DNA of 64,000 nt from Candidatus Iainarchaeum sp. (GCA_021158055.1 JAGGVJ010000040.1:4114-68113), one strand, 5' to 3'; positions 44,301-53,557 are shown, counted from the first letter of the stretch. Translations and numbers: made by a program. Notes: generated by a model from the sequence alone, not told the origin.

Positions 44301-44628
44301 CTTTCAAGCCGGTTTCAGGAAAATTGGCTGACACAAAAACCCCTTGGACAGGGTCAAGCGTTATTGAGTCAATGACTGTTACTTTGAACACTAAAGGCGA
44401 CATTGCCCCTGCTGCAAGGAAAGCGACTGTTCCGAGAAGCACAGTCAAAAGAATAAGGACAACCGGAAACGAGGGGACGTTTTTTGACTCCATTGCATCA
44501 ACAACAGAGTACACAGGAACTCCCTTGCCGTCCAGAAAATCAAGCACAGAATAGTACTTGTCCTCCATGGATGCATAGAAATCTGAAAGCGATTCCTTTA
44601 AGTTACTTGCCACACTCAAATAAACCAA
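38389..44628 (-). CDS. Giant N-terminally anchored surface protein (2079 aa) with carboxypeptidase-regulatory-like/Ig-like beta repeats
   Basis: ~50-aa cytoplasmic N-terminal module (LSDFYASMEDKYYSVLDFLDGKGVPVYSVVDAMESKNVPSFP), then one TM helix, then repeated VxVxDxxTxxPVxGAxV-type beta-sandwich units. C-terminal module has the IMSWNPSAPAGTG motif. No C-terminal TM. Confidence 0.8.
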   Translation of the reverse strand: MVYLSVASNLKESLSDFYASMEDKYYSVLDFLDGKGVPVYSVVDAMESKNVPSFPVVLILLTVLLGTVAFLAAGAMSPLVFKVTVIDSITLDPVQGVFVSANFPETGLKDLGQTQEDGVFYIASPRLGEPLRINLEKEGYEQKSVKLVINTDGFEIGQNTYEAGTLAEISLAKETVSFEASFLIKNDDNEVLDGEVTILGVEDTGAKLNIKTTFYTDGAFSFSGFERGKRYVLEFSSDNHYSEEVSVDSESENKQFTVTLAKNLSAPDPKSSIVTLPVTVKNESGDLLAGITVTAKRYDSTKISEGTTYAGGTVSLREIPANVEIQVVATDPEGIYSTERTNYFEIESGQTVERKEITMEKAGDENQIIVEVKTEYFGGISGAAVTLLTGSEILLSETTASSGRVVLLEKAGTYNVSAYKSGYLPKLKKGVSSGSTVSIELEESTTQNSANLNVCVKKNFAAVHGASVTLWTGTDFLGMPLKKTETDGCVSFPDVPAGSAITAKAESLASSGQVSGVEVEAGKTTNVDILLSSKLEKIIVNVEKAKNGSALNSAEVSLFDVETNSEITKDTSGKEGAYELLAPQGMVVYVMVEEDNYLDFVSRPVLVVSGGATVNAKMHAESSDESIDFEGLFDQSGNQKYAVAVDETYRAVFNVIIPKNAEGDSVFMLSVGEGLGLEDSNWVVSGYSSKIDLEVLGGQEFETTSMLSSGGWKWISLSKAESSSGGPMVYQIEVWLAVKSDAEEEDKAVFGFRGNIDEKDIALREEEFLVVAQEELCGENVCFSALFREEDSEEYFPSGLFSTVTSTDFVVEFSAYSKNGSYLDGYKVKVSPDMAGSVRFKSYDIGGIAFEDESDLISTLLEDYQSDLLAGEIKAFSRVVSDGVGIEFEFSKDGAEDEGGVFTVYFDSTGDKLLDVDVSPSTMILEGRNQIKLIVTEAGSDTPVTGASVLLSNKTGVPLGEDVTYSKTGFDDEEGSGKDGEYIFPEQGEFFSLEEGTVNARVSAGRFRPAGVDINVSEEFDSDLKLTDSEGSDSIVEFGVVEKTETIEETLKLKNNGSNNITITVADIVSRNESDDFHLDFKNIILGREIENGSTLDFKMKAWVSVETASDPSFEGYVFVAGKSDSDNKLHITTLPFKVTAHGSSDCFRISYGSGDQEAEFLLDSGNRSKILQGIKIETVCSCNISSFSGQEFIVLSGDTVAGDFELNVLLRSKSSGGDIETAFSKWTDKSSALTDIELVAEIDKEKAITGNLAVSGQYVLTVDCSGEPVEATLPVSVSISPQSGQSYVKVLKQNTETSIESISFDNMCMQDKKTESIKFDLKNISEDAIDLYFKLLPGEDEEGSDKGLATATILEIVTGDDEEAEKEGVLEEFSEEHKLLIDEAKTFELEAEVSDDLTDDNGKWVLAIYIGESKETAPKQKVTVNVNRDDGCVYGSELCDKVSFELSDSLGGLFIDNKSDAEVTITKNPNFAGTDKDVIIESGKSDLLFVSFGESEEEFSIEYSMKREEESEAATECSHVFKKKYLNCSDLNSTLIFINSEEGLKAQNKGKQGVRFLESSTTSGTTNYGYDLSETFVGRGETKLLEGFSEPENKIADFRVNVIGTECTIEYDSLFATIFGEEALEDQPVEKTSGGNFKVKEDSRGFSEVAAMFNGNKIIVDDDGSEVSGFSAQDISKLFRECNTHYCDQTTFKLLNELYLFLFSSPLDGGNLKRANIHENEFKFAFTDEEYNGIMSLALGVFRDDRGESPFKLGGISPARLKLLSWDKEIFVVGSDISSPGPTSIKFEVSPKKMSCGVWKRIYTRDGENSYIVKVDRKEADSKSTYNCNFGVINLPKYFPLFFAPLSDGSGVQKGTYSLPFEEMFDVEYSNTAGIEGIEGLAGNLSPSRASGNSQFNLFARYVGENLDENRCEKEDDAYKSACLRVVNLINKYDGIFAIMSWNPSAPAGTGQKVSVVVKGSSEEVVENIQRKYLKILEGDVSIDGKQMSDIGKTNTVTPVKVVRRNKDDSLSPTSELIITGLIFSMGSDERPVCEDKDYGDERPPEICFINSGQGLELDACEDELDEIIVEFIRGFAK

Positions 44629-44763
44629 TCCTGATTTTTAATTTAATTCCACTGTCTCCAATCAACAACCGGTTCAAACAACCACCAGTCATGATAAACA
44701 TTGCGGTTAAACCTTTAAAATAATTACCTTATTAAAAACATTTAGCAAAAGCGGTAAAAAAAA

Positions 44764-45195
44764 TCAAAGAAAAAACGGGACTGCCGCTGCAAGCGCTGAC
44801 ACCGCAAGCAAAGCAAACGCTATTTTGACCGGCTTGTTCGTGTTTGACTTTCCCCGCAGGTCTGCGTGGAGTTCAAGTCCGAGGTACGCGCCTGCAAAAA
44901 GCGCGATGAAAACCGGAAAAAACGTTTGGGCTGCTGCCTGTGGGTTTTCCTGCATAAGTTTGCCGACTGCCTGTCCGAAAAAAAAACTCGGCACAAAAGA
45001 AAAATAGCCGAAAAAAAGCATCGCTGACACAAAAGGCGCAACAGTTCCAAGCAAAACTGCGACAAGCAACTGGTCTGAAGTGATATTCAGGGGCACTTCA
45101 AAAAGCACCCCTTGTTCAAGCGCAAACCCAGCCAGAAGCCCGGCTGCAAAAAACGCAAGGGCAACCACCAAAAAAACCTGTTTCGGTTTCATCAT
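44764..45195 (-). CDS. Small polytopic membrane protein (143 aa)
   Basis: Four hydrophobic helices. Lies between the two giant genes. Confidence 0.45.
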   Translation of the reverse strand: MMKPKQVFLVVALAFFAAGLLAGFALEQGVLFEVPLNITSDQLLVAVLLGTVAPFVSAMLFFGYFSFVPSFFFGQAVGKLMQENPQAAAQTFFPVFIALFAGAYLGLELHADLRGKSNTNKPVKIAFALLAVSALAAAVPFFL

Positions 45196-45259
45196 TCAGA
45201 CACTGTTCCTTTATTCAATTGCTTATCACATCTCTCAGATTTCTCAAATTTCTCAAGCA

Positions 45260-48200
45260 TTACACTTCTTCAAAAGTCACTATGCAGTTGTCGTGCTGTG
45301 CAATATACACGTCGAGTGCCCAGCATGCGCCTGCAATTGCTGCGCTTCCCAACGGGTTGATTCTCTTTACTTTTTTTAATGACTCAAGTTTTTTCTCGGT
45401 TTCTTCAACACCTTTTGTCATTTCATTGCTTTTAGCCACAAACTCACTGTGTTTTTCCGTGTTTTTCAAAAGCGCGTCTGTTACGTCATCCCCTTCGTCG
45501 CTAAAGTTAACACCTTCGTCTGCAAGAGAACGTAAGTCAGTTTCCAGTTGCCCTTTACGGGCGGTCAACTCGTTTTGCGTTTCAAGCAGTTTTTCTTTAC
45601 CCAGCGCTCCTCCCTCTATCTTTCCCTGCAACTTCCAAACATTTTCAAACTGCTCGTTTACTTTTTTAAGATTTTCAACTCTTTCCGCTTCAAATTCACT
45701 GAACATTTTCTGGGTGTCTTTCACTTCTTTCAAAAGTTCCCTGCGCACAGTCAATTCTTTATTTGACGCATCCATCGTTTTCACTATGTCACCGGACAGC
45801 TTGTTTAACTCGCCGGTTTCCTTTACAAGATTTGTTTTGCCCTGCTCTAACGTCTGAATGCCTTTTTTAAGATTACTGGTATCTATTTCAATTTTCTTGA
45901 AATCACTTAAAGATGTCAAAACATTATCAAGAGCAGAATCATAACCCATTGTCAGGTTAGAGAACGCGCTATTTCCCTTGATTTCACTTACTGCATCTGC
46001 CAGTTTGGCCGGGTCGTCCCCCTTATTCACCATGTCCCTGAAGTCTGTGATAAATTTTCGATCCATATCATCTAATGTGTCCCCCGGAGCAGTCATAAAT
46101 TCATCAATACCTTCCAAAAGCACTTGTTTATTCTGTTTAAAAAGATGGCCTGCATCGTCAAGACGGGGACTGAGATCATTTAACGCAGCCCTGTTTTGAG
46201 TTATGGTTTCCTCAATGCCTTTCACTTGCTCCATGTTCAGATTCATGGTGTCATTTGCATTCTTGAAAGCCGATTCCAACCCCTTGACATCAAGTTCTGC
46301 CGGTTTTGTTTTGCTGAGATTATCCAACACATCCTTTAATGCCTTTTTTGAATCATCAATTTCTTTATTGACGGTGTCCAGTGCATCCAAATGCGCTTTA
46401 TAAACAAGATCATCACCCATCCCGGCCGTATCTATCTTCATGCCTGCCAGTATGGCGTCTCTTTCTTTAGTCAAACCAGCTACTTTGCCGTCTAATTTAC
46501 TTATATCATCTTCTAACCTGGCTATTTCATCCAGAGTATCTGCATATTTACTCCATTTGCCTGCCGCGTTCTTGTATGATTCGGCTATTTCTTTCTTGAT
46601 ATTATAGTTGTCAAGATAATTCTTATTGCCCAAAACCAGCAACTTAAGCTGTTTTCCAGACGAGTCAAGTGCATCCGGTTCAAGAACCTGTGAAGCTACT
46701 GCTCTTTGTATCTTGAACTGCCTGATTGCCGGATACAAACGTCTAAACGGCTGCGCAAGAGCCCCTTTTACTTTTTTTAACTTGCCGCTGCTTTCAACGA
46801 CTTCTTCCCCGAGCTTCTTGTAAGAACAAATAGCTCCCGCAGCTGTGGGGCCGGCAGTAATCCCTGCGGCTATCATCGGGGTGTAATAAGGTGAACGCGT
46901 CAAAGTGCTGATGTCAGTGAAGCCCTCCCCTGCTTCTTTGAACTTATTCTTATAGGCCATGTGGTCAAAGCCAACCTTCAGTATTTCGTCAACAACCAAA
47001 AAGTCAACCAACTGGTCAGCTACGAAAAGCCCGGCACTGGCTCCCGCGCCTGCCGGGTTCCAGGACATCAATGCTGCCCCGCCCCTGGCCACTGCAACCC
47101 CTGTCACAATCGTGCAGGCTGAATTCATTGCAGGGCAAGTGTTGATTGTCGGGCTTTCCTTGATTTCAATGTTCATCCTCAGTTTGACACCGTCATCACC
47201 CTTCATAACCTTTTCATTTCCATCCTCAGTCGTCATCAATCCGCTCCACCTTATTTCCGGCCTGCAGCTGTGGCAGTCATCTGTCAACATACTCTCGCCC
47301 CAAAAGTCAGATGAAAACGTGCTTCCCCAAAATTTTTCATCAACATCTGCAACGCACGTGGCCCAAGCGGGCTCGTTTTCCTTGTCCCTCAGGTTATGTA
47401 TTTTATCTCTGAAAACATCTTTTGTGAAATCTTCTCCCGTGTACTTGATTTTGTACCCGCCGTAGATTCCTGTGCCGGTGTCAAAAGAAATCAGCGCCGC
47501 AGTGCATTCACAGGCAATAAGACTTGCCAGCGCTTCAGCATCTTTCACAATCAAAGTCCGCCCGTCCTTGTCAACTTCCACCCTGCCCTCAAACTCAGGC
47601 AATATTATTTTCCAATTTCCATTGGCAAACACGCACTCGTTTCTGCCCGCGTCTTTTGCGTTCAAAGGAGCTTCAGTCAAACCCGTAATCACAAACGAAT
47701 CAATCTTTGCCCTGTCGCCTTCACGTTTTGAAGTGGACTGCGACCCGAAATAACAACCGATCGGTTTTGCTCCGGAAGCAATCTCAACAAAAGCACTCAC
47801 TGCTGTTCCAATTGATTTGTTGAGATCTTCTGATGAGTCTCCAAGAGCATTCTTGTCAATCACCAATTCAAAAATATTACTGCCGAACTTGGAAACATCG
47901 TGGTGAATCACACCGTAAGCTGGGTAGCCGATGTCCTTATTAAGAATATCAACCAATTCGCTTTCTTCTTTAGTCAAATTAGCCGAATCCCTAAAGAGCA
48001 ACTTGACAACGTTTTTTCCGCCGACGACATCAAGAGATGTTTTTACCCTGCCATCTTTTTCAAGCAAATTATAATCCAGTTCAGTTCCGCTTAAACCCGA
48101 AGCGATTTCTTCAACTATTCCCTTAAAACTGTCTTCTTCGTTCTTAGGAATTACAAAAACTGTGTTTTTCATTTCAGCTGCATCTTCCGAACTCAGGTTA

Positions 48201-51200
48201 TCCCAAGGCAAAAGAGTGCTCATGTGAAGTGCGTTTCCTTCACAGGCAGCTGTTTCACCGACATAGCTCGTTTCTACAAAGATACTGAACTGACTGCCTA
48301 TTTCACCATCACGGGCAAAAAACACCGGCTTGAACTTTACTTTGTACCAACCGCATTTCCTAAGTAACTCTTCCGAGTCATAATCATTGTGTGAATCATA
48401 ATCATTGTGTGAATCATAACCATAGTGTGAATCATAATCATAGTGTGAATCATAATCATAGTGTGAATCATAATCATAGTATATGTCTCCACCGGTGCTT
48501 ATTCTACCTGAATTCACCATTTCTCTGTAATCACCGCTCACTATCTGCCCGTTAAAGTAACGTGAAACAACATTGGTTTTTGCCCGTTTCAACGCTTCTA
48601 AAGTCACCCGGTCATCCATCAGGAACAAGTCAACCCCGTTTAATATCCAGTCATCCTGCGGAACAAGACCTGACTGAAGCAACTCTTCAAAAGTGCAGAT
48701 GTTTCTTTTAGATGACCCGCACCCGATATCCCTGATTTTCTTGCCTTCAAATGCTGTCAGTATCTTATCCATGAACCGGTCTGCTTTTTCAATTACATAT
48801 TCAGCGGCCTGCATCCCATCACAGTACCCGTCACTGCAGTCCCCGCTCAAACCTGCTTTTGTCGGAATCGAGACAGTTTTTGTTATCCCGATATCCGGGT
48901 CGCATGAGTGAACCAGATACTCTGTCGTGAAATCGGATGTCTTCAAATCAGAGCCTATTTCCACGTTTATCATTATAAGCTCGCTTAAAATTTCTGTATC
49001 TGAAGATGTTTCACCTGCAATGAAAACACCTTTCTGGAAGCTGTCACTCACTATAGCTGCTCTTTTGGACACTCTTTTCAACCTAAAGTCAAACTGCGCG
49101 GTTTCACCGTCAAAAAGAGACCTTTTTGAACCTTCTGAAAAGTCAATGTACAACCTGAAATCGTTAAGAGGAATGAAATCGACAAACCTGGTTATCCTTT
49201 TGCCGCACTCGTTCTTGATAACAACTGAACTTTTTATTTCATCAAAGTAAGCAGTTGTTGAAACAAAATCAATTGACTCCGAACTGATTACCTTCAGGCA
49301 ACCTTCTTCTTCGGGAACTATTTCCACAATCAAGCCCACTTCCCTTGAAACTGAAGTGACTTTTCCCGGCTTGTTCTTATAATAGACATCTGCGTCGATA
49401 ACAAGAGTCCCGGTCATTCTCCCTGCCTCTCCGCTGTAACCTGAAGCATCAACTTCAATTTCAAAATGAGTTGTGTCTTCCGGTTCAAGCTCATCTATTG
49501 TTGACGATGCTTCAGTCTCGCTCAAATAATTCACATAAATATTCGGGTTGATCTCCCAGTCTTCTGCTTTTTCACTTATCCTAATGTTTTTGAAAGTAAC
49601 CGAACCGCGGTTTTTCAAGACAAGTTTTTCTGCATTGCCGTCCAGTATATCAAGCGATTCCCCCGCCTTGAGCTTTAGCTTTACCTTGTTCTCAACATCA
49701 AGGGCTGCTGCCTCGTCAAGGAACACCACTGCATAGTCAAGCTCTCCTGAAACGTCCTGCGAGCCGTTTTCCCCCCTGAAAACAAGGGTTCCGACAACAT
49801 CATCATCTTCAGCGTTGTTCTCGCTGTCATCCAAAGTGTCTGCCTGGAAAGTCACAAGGACAGTCGCCTTGTTCTCGCCTGAAAGCGAATCAGCTGAAAG
49901 CAATTCTATAACTGTACTTTCTTCTTCACCTGTCCCTTCAATCACCTGGTTTCCGTTGCAGTCAAGGACAAAAATTCCACCGTCAAGATCATTGCTGGAA
50001 TAAGCGACAATGTTTGACAAATCAATCCCACAATTGTTTTTCAAAACGACTTCCATTGAATTGAACGCAGTGTCAAGGTCTTCTGAGCCGACCACAAACT
50101 CTGTCTGCGACGGGGTCACTTCAAGGCATTCCGCAATTACCTGCGCGTCTATTTTCGGCGCGTACAAGAGTTTTATCCTTCCCTGCGCTGTCACATACTC
50201 GTTGTCTTTCACTGCAAATATCTTGATTGTGGCCTCGGCTGACGCGGAATCCGTCGAGTCAGGGAAATAACCTGAAGTGAACGTGAGGTAAGTTGTCTCG
50301 CCAGGCCCGAGCAATCTTGTGATTGATGCGTCGTCGAGCTCCAAGCTGAAATCATCATCCGGAAAGCCCTCGTCGCGTTCAACTACAACCTGCAGGTCAG
50401 TGAGTTTTTTGCTTGAGCTATTTTTTATGGCAAGCTGTTTTGTCGCGGTTTTTATATTAAGGGGAATCTCAATCACAAACGGGTCTTCGTCAATTGCGAT
50501 CGCCGCTTCTTTTCCGACACGCACAAGAATTGTCTCTTCGGCAAAGTGATCTGCTGAAACATTTACTGCAATGACTCCCGAGGCAGGCTCAATTGTGGTT
50601 GCGTAGACGCCGTTTCTTCCGCGGTTTCTCTTGTCTTTTCCTGTAATTGTTATTGTTTTGTTTCCAAGCGGTTTCCCGATGTTGTTGACCAGTTTTATCG
50701 TGGCGTCGGTAACTGCTTCAAAATCTCCCGCGCGAAGCACTGTTATCATAAACTGGGTTTTTTCACCTGCAACAGCCATTTCCGGCTCAACGAAAACACT
50801 GAGCCCCAGTCCCGCAACAACTTTAAGGAACAGCTCTTTTTCAATCAGCACTTCACCTGACCTTTTCACAATTATTTTTACTGAAGCCGAGTTGTTTTCA
50901 GCTGTCGGGACAAACACTGCCTCAAGGCCTGTTCCCCTGTTTTTCCCAAGGCTTTCAAGGTTGACTGCAAGCGCGTGCGCTTCGTCATCAAGCTGTGTCT
51001 GGGTTCCAAGGTAATGGTATGACACAAAGTCAAGCGATGCGTCAGAATTTAAAATTTCCACCTGCAAATCTTCAAGGTCTTGTTTTGCCTGCACTTCGAT
51101 TCCAAGCGAGTAGACCGCGCTCAAGTACGCCTCACTTGCAGTCAGGTCCTTGATTTCTTCCCCGGTTATTGCCCTTGAAAAACCGTAATTCATGCAGATT

Positions 51201-53557
51201 TCCTGCGTGCATTCAACCGTATTTTGCGTCACTGAAAATTCAACGGGTGTGGTGGCTGCGTAAAGCGGCTGTTTTCCTTCAGAGTCAATCAAAGTTCCAA
51301 GTTCTTCGTCAAACGGGCTTCTTTCCATGCCGCCCAGGTTTATGTAAGTCCAGCCCCTGAAATTGAATTTCACTCTCTCGCCCAAAACCACGTTGTCTTT
51401 CACCTGAACTGCAAAGTCCACAACATGCGTTCCTTTCCCGACATCTTTTCCAACCACCTGCACCCACTTGTTCATCTGTCCTGAAAGCGTGGTTCCTGCC
51501 ATGTCAATATCCTGTCCAAGCGGGGGGTTGTGGGTCGTGCCTGAAGACGGTTCTCCCATCGCCTGCATCACTCCCGTGATTGCAACATTGTCTTTTGCTG
51601 AAAAGTCGTTTTCTTCAAGGCCTGTCATCAAAAACAACCCTGCCTCGTCTGACGCGGCGGCCGTGTTCAACGCGACTCTTGCGCGGTACTGCTTGCTTTC
51701 AACAACGCTTTCTACCCTGTTTCCGAACCTGTCGAACAAGCCGATGAAAACCGCGCCCGTGGAATCCGCGGGGCTGAAAAGCTGTACATCTATGCGGTTT
51801 TCTTTTGAAGAGTCAATGTTTATGACATGGGAAAAGTATTTTGCGCTGCCAGGCGATTCAACGACTGCGTAAGCCTGTATGCCTTCAACAACGTCAAACT
51901 CGGCAACCCCATTTGAATCCGTGACAGTCGGCGACGAAAGCTCTTTGCCTAAAACCGTTGCCGCATTGTCAAATAAAATCACGCTTGCTCCTGAAACCGG
52001 GTTTTCTTCTTTTGTCACTTTGACCGTGACTTTTGTCTGCGTTGCGCTTATGTCAATCATTGGTTCCTGCGTGGTCGGAGTTTCCACTGGTTTTGCCACT
52101 CCGACTTTGGAGCCGACGTATGCCTTTGCAATGACTGTCTTGTTGTTCGGAACGTCGCTGAACTCCGCGCAACCGCTTGAACCGGTCAATTCTGACGGGA
52201 TTCCCAGCACTTTTGACGCAGTCTCAAAAAGAACAACCGGCACACCGTTTAACGGTGCCTTGGTGTCTTCTTCGCGGACACACACTCTAAGGGTTGATGT
52301 ATTTTCCTTGGTTGACAGCTCCATTGAAGCCAAAACTGATTCCCCTGCCCCGACATCTGTCCTGACAAACGGGACATAGTTGCCTGAGTAGACAGAAACC
52401 ATGTATTTTTTTGACTTGTCCACAAGAACTTTTCCTGTCCCGTCGATGTCCTGCGATTTCACGAGAACGCCGTCCAGATAAACGTTTACGGCTGCTTCAA
52501 GGGGTGTTCCGGTCATGGTTCTTGCAGTGACGTTTATAAAGTCGCTGTTTGCAAAATCAGCTGTTGAAATAATCATTTCAAGTTTGTTTTCAGCGTTTGA
52601 AAGGACCTGAACGGCTTTTTCAGTCTGGCTCAAGTACTCTTCTTTTGACACCGTCACGTTGTAAAGTCCTGGTATCAGCCCTCTTAAAACTGTTTTTCCG
52701 TCAACGTCGGTCTTTTCAGAAGACGCGAGTTCTGCAACGCCTTTTGGGCGGGCTTCAACCTCCGCTCCTTCAACTGCATCGCCGTTTATGTCTTCAATGT
52801 AAACCAGTAAATCTGCAGGTTCGCTTTCATCGGCTTCAAGGCTTATGGAGAGCTCCTGGTCTGAGTTGAACGTGAATGTTTCGCTTTTTTCCTGATAGCC
52901 CGGGGATGTGAAAACAAGGTCAATGTCTTGTCCCTGCGGAACTATCGCTTCAATTACCCCGTTTTCTTTTATGGTGTATGTTCCAAGGTCTTCTCCTTCT
53001 TTCATTACCTTGACTGTGCCTTCCCTTACAATGCTGTCAAAATCGGTTGTGACTCTCATCACTACTTTCACGTTTGTTTTTTCAAGTTTTGAAAGCGAAA
53101 AATCCTGCTGAAGCGAAGTGAAATAAAAGGATTTGTCAAGGGTTTCGTAGTCATACTTTGTTATCTCTACTGTGCCGTAACTATTGAGCTTGTCGAAATT
53201 TTCTATTGTTGCAATTCCTTTTGAATCGGTTTTTCCGATAAACGAGCTTAAGGTATCCGGGTAGGTTATCCTGACATCAGCCCCTTCAATGGCTGCTCCT
53301 GTTTCCGCATCAACGACTTTTACCTGAAGCGTTCCAGAGGCGGGGGTGCCAAGCATGAAAAACGCGACAAGCCCAATGAAAAAAATCGTCAAAAATAACG
53401 GGAAAACAGGTATGTTCTTGTCTTCAAGCGCGTCTATTACGCGGTAAACAGGGATTCCGTGGTCATCCACAAAATCCATCAAACCAAAAAACTTGTTTTC
53501 CACGCCGTAATAAAAGTCGTTCAAATTGTCTTTAACTGACTTGGATGCCAACTTCAT
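45260..53557 (-). CDS. Giant N-terminally anchored surface protein (2765 aa); paralogous architecture to 38389..44628, with (DYDSHY)n repeat and C-terminal coiled coil
   Basis: N-terminus LNDFYYGVENKFFGLMDFVDDHGIPVYRVIDALEDKNIPVFP + TM, colinear with the N-terminus of the 2079-aa protein. CarbopepD_reg-like repeats (TLQVKVVDAETGAAIEGADVRITY...). HYDYDS tandem repeat. ~450-aa coiled coil. C-terminal LMSWNPAGAGASAG motif shared with the other giant. Confidence 0.8.
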   Translation of the reverse strand: MKLASKSVKDNLNDFYYGVENKFFGLMDFVDDHGIPVYRVIDALEDKNIPVFPLFLTIFFIGLVAFFMLGTPASGTLQVKVVDAETGAAIEGADVRITYPDTLSSFIGKTDSKGIATIENFDKLNSYGTVEITKYDYETLDKSFYFTSLQQDFSLSKLEKTNVKVVMRVTTDFDSIVREGTVKVMKEGEDLGTYTIKENGVIEAIVPQGQDIDLVFTSPGYQEKSETFTFNSDQELSISLEADESEPADLLVYIEDINGDAVEGAEVEARPKGVAELASSEKTDVDGKTVLRGLIPGLYNVTVSKEEYLSQTEKAVQVLSNAENKLEMIISTADFANSDFINVTARTMTGTPLEAAVNVYLDGVLVKSQDIDGTGKVLVDKSKKYMVSVYSGNYVPFVRTDVGAGESVLASMELSTKENTSTLRVCVREEDTKAPLNGVPVVLFETASKVLGIPSELTGSSGCAEFSDVPNNKTVIAKAYVGSKVGVAKPVETPTTQEPMIDISATQTKVTVKVTKEENPVSGASVILFDNAATVLGKELSSPTVTDSNGVAEFDVVEGIQAYAVVESPGSAKYFSHVINIDSSKENRIDVQLFSPADSTGAVFIGLFDRFGNRVESVVESKQYRARVALNTAAASDEAGLFLMTGLEENDFSAKDNVAITGVMQAMGEPSSGTTHNPPLGQDIDMAGTTLSGQMNKWVQVVGKDVGKGTHVVDFAVQVKDNVVLGERVKFNFRGWTYINLGGMERSPFDEELGTLIDSEGKQPLYAATTPVEFSVTQNTVECTQEICMNYGFSRAITGEEIKDLTASEAYLSAVYSLGIEVQAKQDLEDLQVEILNSDASLDFVSYHYLGTQTQLDDEAHALAVNLESLGKNRGTGLEAVFVPTAENNSASVKIIVKRSGEVLIEKELFLKVVAGLGLSVFVEPEMAVAGEKTQFMITVLRAGDFEAVTDATIKLVNNIGKPLGNKTITITGKDKRNRGRNGVYATTIEPASGVIAVNVSADHFAEETILVRVGKEAAIAIDEDPFVIEIPLNIKTATKQLAIKNSSSKKLTDLQVVVERDEGFPDDDFSLELDDASITRLLGPGETTYLTFTSGYFPDSTDSASAEATIKIFAVKDNEYVTAQGRIKLLYAPKIDAQVIAECLEVTPSQTEFVVGSEDLDTAFNSMEVVLKNNCGIDLSNIVAYSSNDLDGGIFVLDCNGNQVIEGTGEEESTVIELLSADSLSGENKATVLVTFQADTLDDSENNAEDDDVVGTLVFRGENGSQDVSGELDYAVVFLDEAAALDVENKVKLKLKAGESLDILDGNAEKLVLKNRGSVTFKNIRISEKAEDWEINPNIYVNYLSETEASSTIDELEPEDTTHFEIEVDASGYSGEAGRMTGTLVIDADVYYKNKPGKVTSVSREVGLIVEIVPEEEGCLKVISSESIDFVSTTAYFDEIKSSVVIKNECGKRITRFVDFIPLNDFRLYIDFSEGSKRSLFDGETAQFDFRLKRVSKRAAIVSDSFQKGVFIAGETSSDTEILSELIMINVEIGSDLKTSDFTTEYLVHSCDPDIGITKTVSIPTKAGLSGDCSDGYCDGMQAAEYVIEKADRFMDKILTAFEGKKIRDIGCGSSKRNICTFEELLQSGLVPQDDWILNGVDLFLMDDRVTLEALKRAKTNVVSRYFNGQIVSGDYREMVNSGRISTGGDIYYDYDSHYDYDSHYDYDSHYGYDSHNDYDSHNDYDSEELLRKCGWYKVKFKPVFFARDGEIGSQFSIFVETSYVGETAACEGNALHMSTLLPWDNLSSEDAAEMKNTVFVIPKNEEDSFKGIVEEIASGLSGTELDYNLLEKDGRVKTSLDVVGGKNVVKLLFRDSANLTKEESELVDILNKDIGYPAYGVIHHDVSKFGSNIFELVIDKNALGDSSEDLNKSIGTAVSAFVEIASGAKPIGCYFGSQSTSKREGDRAKIDSFVITGLTEAPLNAKDAGRNECVFANGNWKIILPEFEGRVEVDKDGRTLIVKDAEALASLIACECTAALISFDTGTGIYGGYKIKYTGEDFTKDVFRDKIHNLRDKENEPAWATCVADVDEKFWGSTFSSDFWGESMLTDDCHSCRPEIRWSGLMTTEDGNEKVMKGDDGVKLRMNIEIKESPTINTCPAMNSACTIVTGVAVARGGAALMSWNPAGAGASAGLFVADQLVDFLVVDEILKVGFDHMAYKNKFKEAGEGFTDISTLTRSPYYTPMIAAGITAGPTAAGAICSYKKLGEEVVESSGKLKKVKGALAQPFRRLYPAIRQFKIQRAVASQVLEPDALDSSGKQLKLLVLGNKNYLDNYNIKKEIAESYKNAAGKWSKYADTLDEIARLEDDISKLDGKVAGLTKERDAILAGMKIDTAGMGDDLVYKAHLDALDTVNKEIDDSKKALKDVLDNLSKTKPAELDVKGLESAFKNANDTMNLNMEQVKGIEETITQNRAALNDLSPRLDDAGHLFKQNKQVLLEGIDEFMTAPGDTLDDMDRKFITDFRDMVNKGDDPAKLADAVSEIKGNSAFSNLTMGYDSALDNVLTSLSDFKKIEIDTSNLKKGIQTLEQGKTNLVKETGELNKLSGDIVKTMDASNKELTVRRELLKEVKDTQKMFSEFEAERVENLKKVNEQFENVWKLQGKIEGGALGKEKLLETQNELTARKGQLETDLRSLADEGVNFSDEGDDVTDALLKNTEKHSEFVAKSNEMTKGVEETEKKLESLKKVKRINPLGSAAIAGACWALDVYIAQHDNCIVTFEEV

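Noticed and set aside
39269-52869. Numerous plus-strand ORFs (60-170 aa) inside the two giant genes, and 45219..45857 overlapping the start of the 2765-aa gene
   Set aside because: They are antisense or shadow ORFs with S/T/P-rich low-complexity translations. The minus-strand frames are uninterrupted for 6.2 and 8.3 kb.
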